A stretch of DNA of 64,000 nt, taken from NCBI GenBank assembly GCA_964016885.1, contig OZ024740.1:81096001-81160000 (forward strand), in the 5' to 3' direction. Positions 39,945 to 52,774 of this stretch are shown here, piece by piece (within the stretch, counting starts at the first letter, position 1; every line of letters begins with the position of its first letter). Under the pieces are notes generated by a model. The model had not been told where the DNA came from and searched no databases. It saw nothing but the letters and a program-made list of their open reading frames with translations. The translations under genes and the position numbers were made by a program. This DNA is from Eledone cirrhosa (taxonomy: Eukaryota).

Positions 39945-41810
39945 TACCACCCACTTTCCATGATCAAATCGGTTCCTCGTAGTATTTCTCTTAGAATCTC
40001 TCGCCTATCGTCTGACCCTGAGATTTTCAGTGAACATGCTGAATACTATAATAATGCATTAAGGAATGCCGACCACCGGGATACAATAGAATACATTGAT
40101 AAGAATCTCCATAACACACATAGCTGTACACGAAATCAAAGAATACGTAACCGGGGTACTGAAATACAAGCGCACACACGCAGTACCACCAGACATACTA
40201 ATAATAGAAAATCATCATCAAATAAATCACAATTGTAGAAAGTATATCTGGTATAATCCCATTTTTAATGCTTCGATTAGTACAAAACTATCTCTTTCAT
40301 TCTTTAAGTTAATCAACAAGCATTTCCCTAGTTCCCATAAATACAGTAAAATTCTGAACTCTAAAACTATTAAACTATCATACTCCACGGCACCAAACCT
40401 TGAAGCATACATAAAGAAACTTAACTTAAAGCAATTAAACAATACTACAAAACAAAATATGTTAATAACATATGAGCATAATGTAATATCGGCCTCCCAA
40501 CCACTAAATGGGAGACGGGTATTACACAACCCACCTGTACTGCTATCCCAAACTATCCATGGTATACCCGCTACCCACAACAAAAACTGTAACTACCACC
40601 TACCTGAAAGATGTCCATTGAAGAATAAATGCCTAAAGTCCAACATTGTTTACCAATGCACTCTTGAATCGAATGACCAGAAATGGTATTACATCGGGTG
40701 TACCACTACCTCCTTTAAATCTCGCTGGTATCGTCAACGACTCTCAATTAAACATCCTAATCACCGTTTTGTGACCACGCTCGCCAACAAAACCTGGCAA
40801 CTCTGTGAACGCAACCAACAGTTCACCTTGAAATGGAATATACTTTCCAACGCTAGTGCATATCGGAGTGGATTGAAGTACTGTAGGTTATGTAACCTTG
40901 AACTCTTTTACATCTTAAAATCCAAAAATAAATTACTAAATGATAGAATCGAACGATCATTATACTGCAACCACAAACTGAAGGCTAAATTATCTCACTA
41001 TAAAATAACTTAACATTCGAACCCGTAACTATAACATTGCTTTCTAGCTAACCACTTTCTCTTCCACCACACTACAAGACAATACCCTGCTTATCACTAT
41101 AAATGGAAACTTAGTGCAATTTGTAGCCTACTACTATTAACTCAATGTATACCCATCCCATAGCTTTCGTCTGTCCCCTCTCTATCTCTCCCTCTCTCTC
41201 TCGCCCTAGGTCCACCCCCTCCCTCTCCACATCTATGAACCTGCCCTCTGTAGCAATAAATAATTCCAACATTGACTATCAACGCATCGCTCAAGGTGGT
41301 CGCTTTAAGAGTAACCAGTATAATAAAACCCCTACTACAACATTTTGATTAAGATATCTACAAACCACTCTCTTCCATTTCTCCAGTCCCTGCATATCTC
41401 TCTCTCTCTCTCCCTCTTCCCTTCTTTTCTCTCTTCCTTTTCTACTCTATCTTCCCCAATAACCTCACTTAAGGGTATTTACATTTTACATTTTACCATT
41501 CTGCTCTGATGATACAGCGGTCACAGCATTTGATAATTGAGTTTTGCACATAGTTATAAATTTGCACATATCATAACTAAGCTGTATAACAACCGTGGAG
41601 ACATTTGTAAGCACACAGAATAAATTACATTTTTATGATGTCTACCTGTTATTATTCATTCTTTATCTACACTCCCGAATACAGAATGATGAGGAACTGA
41701 GTTTCTTCAACTATTCTTCCATAACTCGTTGAGTAACCTCTCACCGTACGTCAACTCTATCCAGTGTAGTAATTGACAATTACTGCATCTAGGATAATCC
41801 TATACCTAAT
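39945..41810 (+). mobile_element. Naiad-type PLE 3' fragment (thumb + GIY-YIG + pLTR)
   Basis: IKSVPRSISLRISRLSS..YYNNAL, YIWYNPIF..KHFP..IKLSYS, CNY..CPLKNKCLKSNIVY..YYIGCT..FKSRW, CRLCNLE, LLN..CNH. ORF ends at 41013. Confidence 0.9.
41502..41613 (+). ncRNA. Hammerhead motif with long stem II (GAAA>GAGA)
   Basis: tgct-CTGATGA-tacagcggt...accgtg-GAGA-c attt g-TA-agca, downstream of the Naiad ORF. Confidence 0.55.
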
Positions 41811-41821
41811 ATATATATATA

Positions 41822-42506
41822 TATATAAATGAAAATAGAGAAATTGATGTGAGCAAGAAGCCAACAGTAATTCATACATATAAGTGACTATTACGACAAG
41901 ATGGAAAATATTTAATGTAAGATATGGGAAAATAATTCAATCTCAATTCAAAAAAAGTCAAGACAGAAATTTTATCCACAGATTTTGTGTAATCCAGGGA
42001 AAAAACCAATAGAGTCTTAACTCAGAATAAAATTAAGGGTAAATACTTATCCTTCAATTAGGAAAAATTTACGAATGTTCTATATAGTCTTAAAAAGACT
42101 CTTTCACGAAACTTTTCAGTGGGGTTAGTCACGATTGGAACCGTTCATCAGTAGAGCTCAACACGATAACTAAGACTCACAGCTAAAATATGCCAAAAGG
42201 GAATTTAAAAGCAGGCTAGTGGAATTAAGATAATAAACATACATGGAGAACAGGGCTAGTGACGTCTGAATGAGACGAATGACTGTTTACAAGAAACAGC
42301 AGTCAAAACATTCCGAAAAAACTCAATAAAAATTATGGAGTTCAGCATAGTTGATGATGTGACAATTAAAGATAATCTCGAATAAATTGTGCACAAGTAG
42401 AAATCCATTCGAAATAATAGACTTTTTTGTTTGAATTAAATAAGAAATAATTTCATTTCATGTCATTTTTATGAAACATTAAAAACTGCGGTTTAAAGTG
42501 TATATA

Positions 42507-42545
<39 letters not shown>

Positions 42546-42605
42546 TTTAAACCACCTGTGCGCAATTTATTCGAGATTATCTTTAATTGTCACATCATCA
42601 ACTTC
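41822..42605 (-). mobile_element. Solo PLE pLTR-like fragment with a terminal inversion
   Basis: Contains the HHR at 42079-42155. 42349-42408 is inverted at 42554-42603. (TA)n junctions. Confidence 0.55.
42079..42155 (-). ncRNA. Type I hammerhead ribozyme with a full stem III
   Basis: tcta-CTGATGA-acg...cgt-GAAA-g agtctt ttt aagact a-TA-taga. Confidence 0.65.
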
Positions 42606-43091
42606 GACTGTATGTTGTCACCTAAACGACTATATATCCGTACTTCGTTATCGCAGCATTTAATTTCAGAATATTAATGTATCTGTTAAACGAACATGCT
42701 CTTTACGAGCATTCTCGCCCATAGATGTAACCTAGTATTTACACATCAACACGACCACAAATCACATGTAATTGTTAGTAACACAACTTGGGTAATGAAT
42801 ACTAGAACGAGGCTAGATTTATGAAAGGGAATATACGCAGCCATGGTTGGAGTGTGCATTCGTCCATAATTAAGAGATACCTGTGTATGTGTCAGTTTAT
42901 TTCTTCGGATACATATTTATTCATTCACCAGCACCATTCCCAGCAACTCGGCTCTTTATTAACACTGACAAATAAACCTTACTGTCCCAAGATGTAAAAA
43001 ATATAGTAGAGAGGTAAAAATGATGGTATAGTATTGGCTGGGACATCTTTCAGGTAGTCGTGAACAGAACAGACCGGGTCTCCAGCTAGAT

Positions 43092-43258
43092 GGTCGGACG
43101 CCATGCTTTGCATCATAGAGTTACGTCCCTTTATGGCCTGAGTTCAAATCCTGCCGAGGCTAACTTTGCCTTTCATCCTTACGAGGTCGATAAAATAAAG
43201 TACCAGTAATGCACTGGGATAATTGCTGGCCTTGTGTCAAATATAGAAACAATTATTA
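43092..43258 (+). mobile_element. tRNA/Meta-domain SINE (5'-truncated)
   Basis: B box GAGTTCAAATCC followed by the family body. Confidence 0.85.
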
Positions 43259-46117
43259 CGATTTCTTATAATATGACTACAGCAGCTATATATATTAGTA
43301 GAATATTGTATACTAGTTATTTAAAGCAGCTCAAGGTGTACCAGCTTTAGTTGTTTAAACCCGACGGAAACCACCTGCACAGAGATAATATAATACATAA
43401 ATCTAAACAATCGATCCGATTTTCACAGTACTCATTCATATATCCACTATGCACATGCTCCTAAATTCATTTATTGATATGAATAATACTTTATCACTTT
43501 CCTGATGTTTATTTCATATAATTCCTTTAACTTCAAAAGTCTAGTTATTCTATGATCTTTCTGCAACAACAAAGTTATAGAATTGTTCGCATTAACTTAT
43601 CTACTGTACCTAACATGCTTCCATGACGTCTGATTCAAAAAAGTGACTAAGTGCATTTATTCAGTCCGAATTTAAAATAACTGGACTCGGTGTAAGTAAA
43701 CTTAAAATACTCGCTAAACTTAAAAAAGAGAGAACAAATATAGTATATTAAATGGAATTGTAAACAATGTACTACTGTAACTGGTGAATAGAAATAAAAT
43801 ATCGGATTAATACAAATAAATTGCGAGCATAATATATAACGATTTCTTGCATTGCTCTATCACCGAAAGGTTATAAAAGAAATTATTACCAATTACATCA
43901 GTCACATATCAATAGAACCTATCTTATTGACTTCAAAAGACTCTGATTCAAAGTCAATACCCGTTTTAATTTTGTGGTGAGGTGGGAATACAGACGTAAG
44001 TAAATGAACACCAAACATCTGAATTGTATTTCTGTATTCTTATTTTCTTGACCTCACATAATTGGTGGAATGTGAGCAGGAATTTCTGCCAGAAATCTAC
44101 AGAGATGGCCACCTATTGAGATATAAATAGATTAAAATATTGTTTACTAATTTAAAATTTTTGTCCGTTTGCCTGGTTGAAAAACCTGGAACTGATTCCA
44201 CTCATCTGTCACTGTTTCCTGTTGCTGTGTAAACTCCAGAATAGTCTTTAAGTAACACCCCAATACGCATCCAATATCCTTGTTAGAAAATGAGTATTTT
44301 GATCTATATTATTCAAAGTATCTTTTCTTGTATTTCTTACATGTTAAGTGAAATCATAAATCGGCAGCACATTGGCTAATGTGATTTTGCTATTCTTTAT
44401 TCCCAAGTCACCGCTGATCAAATCGACCGATGAATAAGAGTCTTGCAGCTCGTTCAATTTCATCAACCTTTTTAAGCATAGTGTATTACATTATCGAATT
44501 TAACCTTCCTATTTTAACCGGCAGATTATAATTTGTCCTACACTGGCTTGATTTTGTATTACTGTTTAACTTCATGGAAACAACCTATGAATCAAAACAT
44601 TCTAACCATGATCTGCCTTGTCTATCAGATATTATACCCAATGTCTTTCAGATGGTAGTGCGTGATTTTGGAGATATTTGGCAGCAAATACTGGCAAAGT
44701 GACAAAGTAGAAGATACTTAAATGTTTCTCCATTTAGTTGTACATTTGATGGTACTGGTAATATGTGGTTTTGCAGCAGTTTAGCATTGATCCAGTAGAC
44801 TTCCTTATGATAGGAGACATCCAGCTGTGGTCAGAATGATTGTGCGATAAAATACTGCACCGGGTATCATCATTTAAGCCCTGTCCACATTAATTCGTAG
44901 CGTTGCGTCTTTGTAAGAAACCAATAATATAATAAAATGGAATCAGTCGTCAGCAATCATATACTTTATCACTTAGAGTCTTTTTGCCAAATTCGTCCCT
45001 GCTTTGCTTGCATTTGTGCAGAGTTTAACTGAGATCGTTTTTAAATCATGTGCCGAATTTCGATCCTTGACCACGTAGAACATTGCTGAAAGTAAGGGTA
45101 CTATAGTTACTTAGTCCCAAGTGATCACCAGTTTAGTAAACATTTGTTTAAAAGCATTCCAATTATAGATATCTCGATTTGTTTGAATATATGATAGGAA
45201 ATTGTCAAAGTTATCCTAATTTATGTAAAACAGTAAAGATGCATTCGGGAGGGGGGGGGGGGCTGATATATGGTTACTATTGACACACTCAATTTTTAAA
45301 TATATAACTGCAACTTTTATGTACTCAATAATCTAAATTATTAAGATAATAAAACAAATTGATAATAAAACCATTCGAATATAACATTACATTTTACCCA
45401 ATATATTAACACATCTTTTAAATATCAATAATATTAATTTTTAAAAGACATTTATATATAATAAAAAAACCCAATAATATGTGCTATAAAATTAAATCTA
45501 AAGCAGCAGTATTATCGAAGTGTCGTAGTATATGTATAACGCAAATACTAGGCATACGTCTCCAATCATAAATTATACAGTGTCCCAACATCGAGTAGGT
45601 TCTGAGTAAAGGATTTTACCACTCGATGTTGGGATTATAAACCTTCTCGATTAAATCGCCTTTTAAAACGACCGGCTGATTCGATACACAACATATCCAC
45701 CCATTTTTAGACATTAAGATGCATTTGAAAGACATTTGGCTGTTAATTTTAACATGCTAAATATCCACAGAAAGCTCACCTGTTCGCTAGTTGCACCTTA
45801 ATATGTTGTTGCCTGACTTCCCCGTATCTGAACGTATATGACGCTAGATATTAAAAAGGACATCTGCTGATTTCATACAGTAAACAGTTTGTACCCTACT
45901 GGGGTAATTATCAGTTATCCGAAACTGAACTCTCCAATCAAACTCACCCATTCATAACGGCATCTAAAACAAAATATATGCACATTCTTAATGGTTACAA
46001 GAGGATAAACACCCCGAGCGTAGTATTGTCTATATATTTCTTCAAAACGGCTTTTTAATGAAATATGGTTTCTTCGAATGTATTGCCATTGAAACATTAT
46101 TCCATAGAACATGAAGC

Positions 46118-46307
46118 TGGTAGGATTGGCAGTATCAGTAGAGGGTCGGATGCCATGCTTTCCAACATAGTTACGTCCCTTAACGATCTGAGTTCAAATC
46201 CCGCTGAGGTTGACTTTACCTTTCATCGTTACGAGGTCGATTAAAATAAACTACCAGTAATGCACTGGCTAGTTGCTGGCCTTGTGCCAAAATGTAGAAA
46301 CGATTAT
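46118..46307 (+). mobile_element. tRNA/Meta-domain SINE with TSD
   Basis: A and B boxes present; flanks attattccatagaaca / attatttcatagaaca. Confidence 0.9.
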
Positions 46308-46909
46308 TTCATAGAACACTGATTAAAATATTATTTTGGAAACAATTTAAATTATAGAACAACATAACATATAGAATGATTTAGTCATAAAACAAGTTTC
46401 ATCCAAATTGAAAAGAGTATGAGAACTTTTATCTTTGAGAAATGTGTTTCAGCCGTGATCATATATCTATGATTAAATTGTCCAATATATCTCGCTCTAT
46501 TAGAAAATTTAGGGAATTATTTGGGGAAGATTTGACTACTATTTTGAGTAAGTCAAGCAAATCTCTTATAGATGATCGCAGAGGTGTACCCATTGGCTCG
46601 TCGTCGGAATCAATGTTCGTTTTTTGCGATAGTGTTATCAACATTTTGAATTGTAATTAGCATTAGGAAGTCATAGGAAATATACGCACCTATAAGGTGG
46701 GGTCCGTTTCTCAGTACTTGGATTGGAAGCTTCTAGTCTGAATGTTCCGTCAAACCGATACCAAAATATAATAGCGACAACTCAAAACAATAAACATAGA
46801 TACATGATCTGACACATTTCCTCTAATTTTATAATTTTACAAGTATTTATTTTCCTATTTTGCTCTGAAATATAGAAACCTGCAGAGGTGTATCTCATCA
46901 TGACGAATA

Positions 46910-47075
46910 ATGGTTTCTGATATGGGCACAATGCCAGCAATTTTGAGTGAGGGGAAATCGATTAAATTGACGCCAGTGTGCGTGACTGGTACTTCAGTTT
47001 ATCGACCCCGTAAGGAGGATAGGCAAAGTTAACCTTGGCGGCTTTTTAAACTCAGATCATAAAGGGCCGTAACTC
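46910..47075 (-). mobile_element. tRNA/Meta-domain SINE fragment
   Basis: Family body: tatcgaccccgtaagga..aggcaaagttaacc. Confidence 0.8.
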
Positions 47076-48400
47076 ATCATGAAGAATAATAAAACATAAT
47101 TCTGACCATTACCGACCTTTCACCTTCATATTCTTATATGCATCAATAATTATATTATCTATAATATAAATAGCAGAGCCATTGATTATCCGTTTATCTA
47201 TGTAATAAATACTCTCACAGGTTTGGGATCTTAGATATCAACTATAACCAATCCCTAATTATTTAGAATATAATTTCACGTTAGCTTATTCCATAACGAC
47301 TTCCCTAAGCATTCGCTATTAATTGGGGTGAACTATAGGCTCTAGGTATGATTCTTTACTTTCAATTGTTTTATCTCGTATATACATTTCCACCGATACC
47401 ACACAACAGTAAGCTGACTACAGAGCAGCAGCTCAAGTTTCGTACATATTGCCCCGAATGTATACAACAACAAAACGTAACAAAACGAACATACATACTC
47501 CAATAACTCATAACTTAAAAGCATGTGATGTTAACGCTATCTCAACTGCAAACATCGTCTATCGAGGTATTTGTCTCTTGCCAAGTAAAAGGAAAACGAT
47601 ATTAAATAAATATATGTAACGTGTCGTTTTATATATTTTGTGACGAAAATATATTGCAAACATATGTTTGAAAACTTAATAGGATATATATTTATGTTCG
47701 ATTTAACTACGAAGATTGATGTAAACAACTTGACTTGTCGAAGATATTATTTCATAAATAAAATCGGAAATATTATTTGTGATTCTGAGATATTCATTAA
47801 TTCACCACCGTCGGCTATTGGTATTGAACAATTTGAATCAATACAGCAAATATTTATCGTCATATCAATGATATAGAGATTGCTGAAGATGCTAGATTTT
47901 CGCATGTCTATTGAGATAACCAATATTACGAGTGTGTGTAAACAGCAACTACAACGGAATGATAACAGAAGCAACAATGCTGGATATTTCTATTGTCTAA
48001 ATTTGCAATGGTTCAGTAATGATAATCAGGTTACTGAGAAGTGAGTAACAGTTGGAGTAATTCCATCGGGTATTCTTGTTTCGTTGTAACATGTTCCCAA
48101 ACATTATTTGCAGCACAACCAATCTCCCATTTCAAACAATATTGAACAGTTATTGATAATAACTAAAGCTTTGATTGCATGGTGGAAATTGGCTATGCAG
48201 AAATGGCATATGGCTACTTGAGAGGATTGTATATAATGGCATGTCTTATTCTTCTGCAGGATTTATTGGTGACAATAAACAATAAATATAGCATTTACAG
48301 TATTTCTCCATCAATTTCCCTTTATCTTCAGTAAATGTATGTATGTATGTATGTATGTATGTATGTATGTATGTATGTATGTATGTATGTATGTATGTAT

Positions 48401-50106
48401 GTTTGGATCTGTATCAGGTTTTTGGTGATCTGACAAAAGCTTTCGATACTGTTAACAGAGATGCATTATGGAAGGTTCTCCAGAAACTTGGTTGCCCTGA
48501 TAGGTTCCTTGCTTTAGTTATGTCTTTCCATGACGACATGAGGGCTTGGGTTAATGTCGCAGGTAACATGTCGGAGCCTATCTCAGTAAAAGATGGAGTG
48601 AAACCGGGGGATATTCCAGCACCGACCATGTTTGCCATATACTTTGCAATGGTTTTCTGTATTGCATTCAGGTATTGCGAGCATGGTGTTTACATCCGAT
48701 ATTGAACCTCAGGCAGCATATTTAACATCAGACGCTTTGCTGCAAAGACAAAAGTATTTACATCAATCATAAGAGACCTCTTGTATGCAGATGATTGCGA
48801 TCTTGTAGCGCACACAGAGAGTGATATGCAGCACATTTTGAATGCATTTTCTGACGCTTGCACTGCCCTATGATTGACTGTCAGTCTCAAGAAAACCGTT
48901 GTCATGTACCAACCTGCCCCTGGTAAGCAGTACACTGAACCAAATATCTATGTGTATGGTAAACGACTTGGAGTGGTTGATCAGTTTGTCTACCTGGGAA
49001 GCACTGTCAATCGATACGGCAACCTTGACAGTGAAATCTCACTTAGGATTAGGAAAGCAAGTGATGCTTTTGGAAAGCTAGAAAGGCGACTCTGGGGTCG
49101 GCGAGACATATGCAGGAGGACAAAGGTAAAGGTGTACAAGTCATGTGTGCCATCTTGTCTTCTTTATGCCTGCGAGACCTGGGTCACATATCGACACCAC
49201 CTTAAGCGATTGGAGCGTTTCCATCAGATGTGTCTCAGACGGATCCATGGCGTTCACTGGAGGGACCACATCAGCGATGTCGAGATTTTGGAAAGCTCTA
49301 TGTGTGACATTATAGAAGCTCTGGTGCTTAAGCAACGACTCCGTTGGAGTGGACACCTTGCCAGGATGAAGGATTCTAGAATACCAAAACAACTCTTTTA
49401 TGGAGAGTTGGTTAAAGGAAAACGACCGGCACATAAAGCAAAAAAAGAGGTATAAGGATTCCTTGAAAGCCTCTTTGAAAGACGCTAACATCTCTGCTGA
49501 TACATGGGAAAATATTGCTGCTGATCGTAATAAATGGAGAAAGACTGTATATGAGGGAAAAGTTGCCTTTGAGGCATCTCGAATCGCATACGAGAAAGTA
49601 AAGCGGGATGTGAGGAATGGCATTGCTGTTGCATTTCCAGACGGCGATGCTGACATGCAGCGTCTGTGCGGGTTTCTGCCTAGACAGAGCTGGACTCGAA
49701 AGTCAACTTCGCAGTCATAAAGTAAGACCAGTGGTTGACTACCAGGCTGCTGTTGGAGATGCTACTCATCATACTTGCCCAACATGTGGTAGAGAATGTA
49801 GATCAGCAGGAGGGCTCAAGCGACATGCAAAGTTACATGAACTCCAGCCACGGCCGGCTATTCCCAGTGAATGTTTTGGTTGCCGACTCTGTGCAAGACA
49901 TTTTAGATCATTGGCTAGGCTAAAAAGCCACATTCGATCGCAGCGCTGTTAGTTGCTATCGTGTGTGTGTATAGATATGTTTATGTGTGTGTGTGTTTGT
50001 GTATATATATATGTATAGGTATATTATTGTTGTTGTTGTTGTCGTTATTATTATTGTCGTTATTATTATTATTATTGTTATTAATGTATATGTATGTATG
50101 TATGTA

Positions 50107-50143
<37 letters not shown>

Positions 50144-50236
50144 TTCTTTTTTTCTTTTCTTTTCTTTTTTATTTATTTATTTTTCACCTCGTGCAATGGC
50201 CATACTCGATAACGAGGGGGCAGCCATCATGTATGT
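48401..50236 (+). mobile_element. RTE-clade LINE, 5'-truncated, second family, with three C-terminal C2H2-like fingers
   Basis: [54 protein letters not shown]. 3' end ctcgataacgagggggcagccatcat(gtat). (TATG)n at the 5' junction. Confidence 0.92.
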
Positions 50237-50239
50237 AAA

Positions 50240-50455
50240 AGGTTATTATGCTTCGGGTAGTGTTTTGTGTGCTCAGAGAGTGGGATTGGTCAAGTGCAAG
50301 GCCTTTCACCACTTAAAAAAACCTTCAAAGCACAGGCACTGCTTGTTCAGTATATGTTACAGGTTCGTGTGGCTGGCTGTAGCCTCAAGGAACACCATCT
50401 TCTGTAATCTGGCTAGCGATTACAATACTCTTAGCAGAGTTTGCTGCCACCATGT
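50240..50455 (+). mobile_element. Non-autonomous RTE-related element, 3' part
   Basis: Homologous to 60325-60405 and to 1-35(-); ends tactc..gag..gctgccaccat. Confidence 0.6.
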
Positions 50456-50542
50456 ATTTATGTAGGTATGTATCTATGCATTTATGTATGTATGCATGTG
50501 TGCATGTGTGTATGTTTGCATGAATGCATGTATCTATGTATG

Positions 50543-51200
50543 TTATCTTTTACCTGGCCAACTTCCTGGTGGCAAAGTTGTAAAGAAAAGGAATAGACTT
50601 TTTCGTCGCCCCTTGAGCAATCGTTATTCTTTTGAAACATAATAACCTTTTACAGATATTCCGGTCATTTGTAGCTTATGAAACATGGGGCTACGTTTTG
50701 TTCTACAAACCTATGTTCAGTCATACGTTAGTCCAGTTTGGTTGTTATATAATATGCTGAGCAGATAGCATCAGTTATGAAGCTGAACGTGTAATATGGT
50801 TACTGGTTCTGTAAACACATCAACAAAGGTCCATAAGTGTCTACCCTCTCTTGTATTTTTCTTACTACATTTACATTGTGTATGCATGTCTACATTCTTA
50901 ATGTATGGGCCAACATGACAATATCAGGTTAGTTGTCTTTTAATTTGGTGGTGGTGTTTATTTTTAGTTTCCTCCAGTACTTCTTTGAGCCACCATTTTG
51001 TTTTTAATTTCGTCCTCTGTAGAGCATTGCAGACTGTTCTGGTTACAGGAAGTAGAAACTAGACAACACTCTTTTAGATTTGCCAATAATGGGACATCTC
51101 TCCCGTTTGCATTACAAGGACTGCATATGTTATACGATGATAAATGGCCTCGGTAAAAGTCATTTCCTCAAACTGTCGTTTCTATCAAAGTGTCAGTTTG
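50543..51200 (-). mobile_element. R4/Dong-type non-LTR 3' fragment, degenerate
   Basis: YWRKLKINTTTKLKDN*PDIV. Shares the 3' UTR motif cca(a/c)cttcctggtggcaa.gttgtaaa with 56621-57303. Confidence 0.7.
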
Positions 51201-52720
51201 ATAAAATGTTGTTGATGAAATGCTGTTAGATGGAAAAAAGATCACAAATACTGGAAATAGTGAATTGGAATATTTTAAATTTAAAAGAGATAAAATATGT
51301 TCCTGACCTTTAGACAACATGCACGTTAAAAGTGATTATAATGAGGGTATGCTATCAGTCCTTTGTGTAATTAGTAAAAGGAAATCAACGTTTACTGTTT
51401 AGTAATGAAGAAATCTATCTTTTGGAAGCTTTCCAAATTAGCGCTTTTCTTCTAAATTATACTAATGTCAATATTATTCATGAATGATCTAAGTATTGAT
51501 ATTATTTTAAATCAACTTGGCGAGTTCGTAAGATTGATCTATATTATTTACAAGAAACTCATATTGTAAGATATGTCTTTTGATACGTTGACAGTTGTAC
51601 AGATAAAGATATATAGAAAGTTAGATAGGTACAAACTTCAATGAATAAATAAAACCAGTTCCGTTCATCTCGATGAAACGACACGGTAGACATATGTAGA
51701 CATATATCTTCATGTCATTCCCATAGATAAATCGACTGGGAAATAAGTTTGCAAATATATTTTTATGATCTAATTTGCAGATAAATTATCTTCCAAATAG
51801 GTTTTCATTCAAAATTCCCACAGAATGTTGCAATAACAAAAACTTTATAAACCTCAATTATCTATAATCCCCTCTTTCGATGGCAATATATTTGAATTTC
51901 AATCAGGTTGAATGATATAGATTACTAGTTTAAAGACCGTTGCTTATTCTTATTTATCTATTTTCCTGCTCAGTTCAATCTTATTTTTACCTGACAGTTA
52001 TTTGCAGTTTCAAGTTTATTGAATATTGTTTTGTTTTCTTTGATACAAAATCATTTTATATTTTATATTTTATATTTTAAAATAAGTGATGTAGCAGTGC
52101 TTGTAACATATACATATGTAATGGTTTTAATGTCTAATATTATCTGAAACATTACGAAACACTAGCACTTATCATCAATTCCCTGTCTCACATTATCAAG
52201 CTCTAATACCTGTCGTTCATCAGGACAGGGGAATTATAAACCACACTTACCCCATGCTATTTATATGCAAGAACATAGGTGCAATATTAAGCAGAGAAAA
52301 TAAATATCAAAGTCATGTCTGTATTCCTGGTCGGAAGCAAATTCGATTCTATGTTTAATTTAATGTAGGTATACATACAGTAACTTGAGTTTAGTTTTTC
52401 TATTATATTCCCTGTTGTACATATATATTCCTCATTAATTATTCATGTCACCAACAATTACACTCGATGCAATTTAGATTGGCAATTTTAGTTCATGTCT
52501 GGTTTATGCATAATAATAGTGAATTGATATGTGCTTCTTTGTATGTGGAATGATTAGAATACTTGTCTTATGTTGAATAGCTGCTACGGAGAGAAACATA
52601 TAAAGAAAATACTTATATTGTTCTGTGAACGTGAAGAATAAATAAATGCATTAACATTTGGTTACGTTTTCACACCGAATCATACCTCTATCACAATTGT
52701 ATTAGATGTTCAAATATGTG

Positions 52721-52774
52721 ATAAATATTTATCTAACTAGTCACATGCATAAATATTTATCTAACTAGTCACAT
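52721..52774 (+). repeat. 28-bp-period tandem duplication
   Basis: ataaatatttatctaactagtcacat occurs twice. Confidence 0.9.

Noticed and set aside
45583-45634. 14-bp inverted repeat tcccaacatcgagt/actcgatgttggga
   Set aside because: Real but isolated, with no TSD, second copy or functional context to support a call.
47747-48100. CxxH and TRW motifs hinting at a hAT transposase
   Set aside because: On the minus strand they occur in the wrong order and without other hAT motifs.
52165-52236. Minus-strand CTGATGA near a ccctgtc/gacaggg hairpin
   Set aside because: No GAAA core half or cleavage triplet in register.
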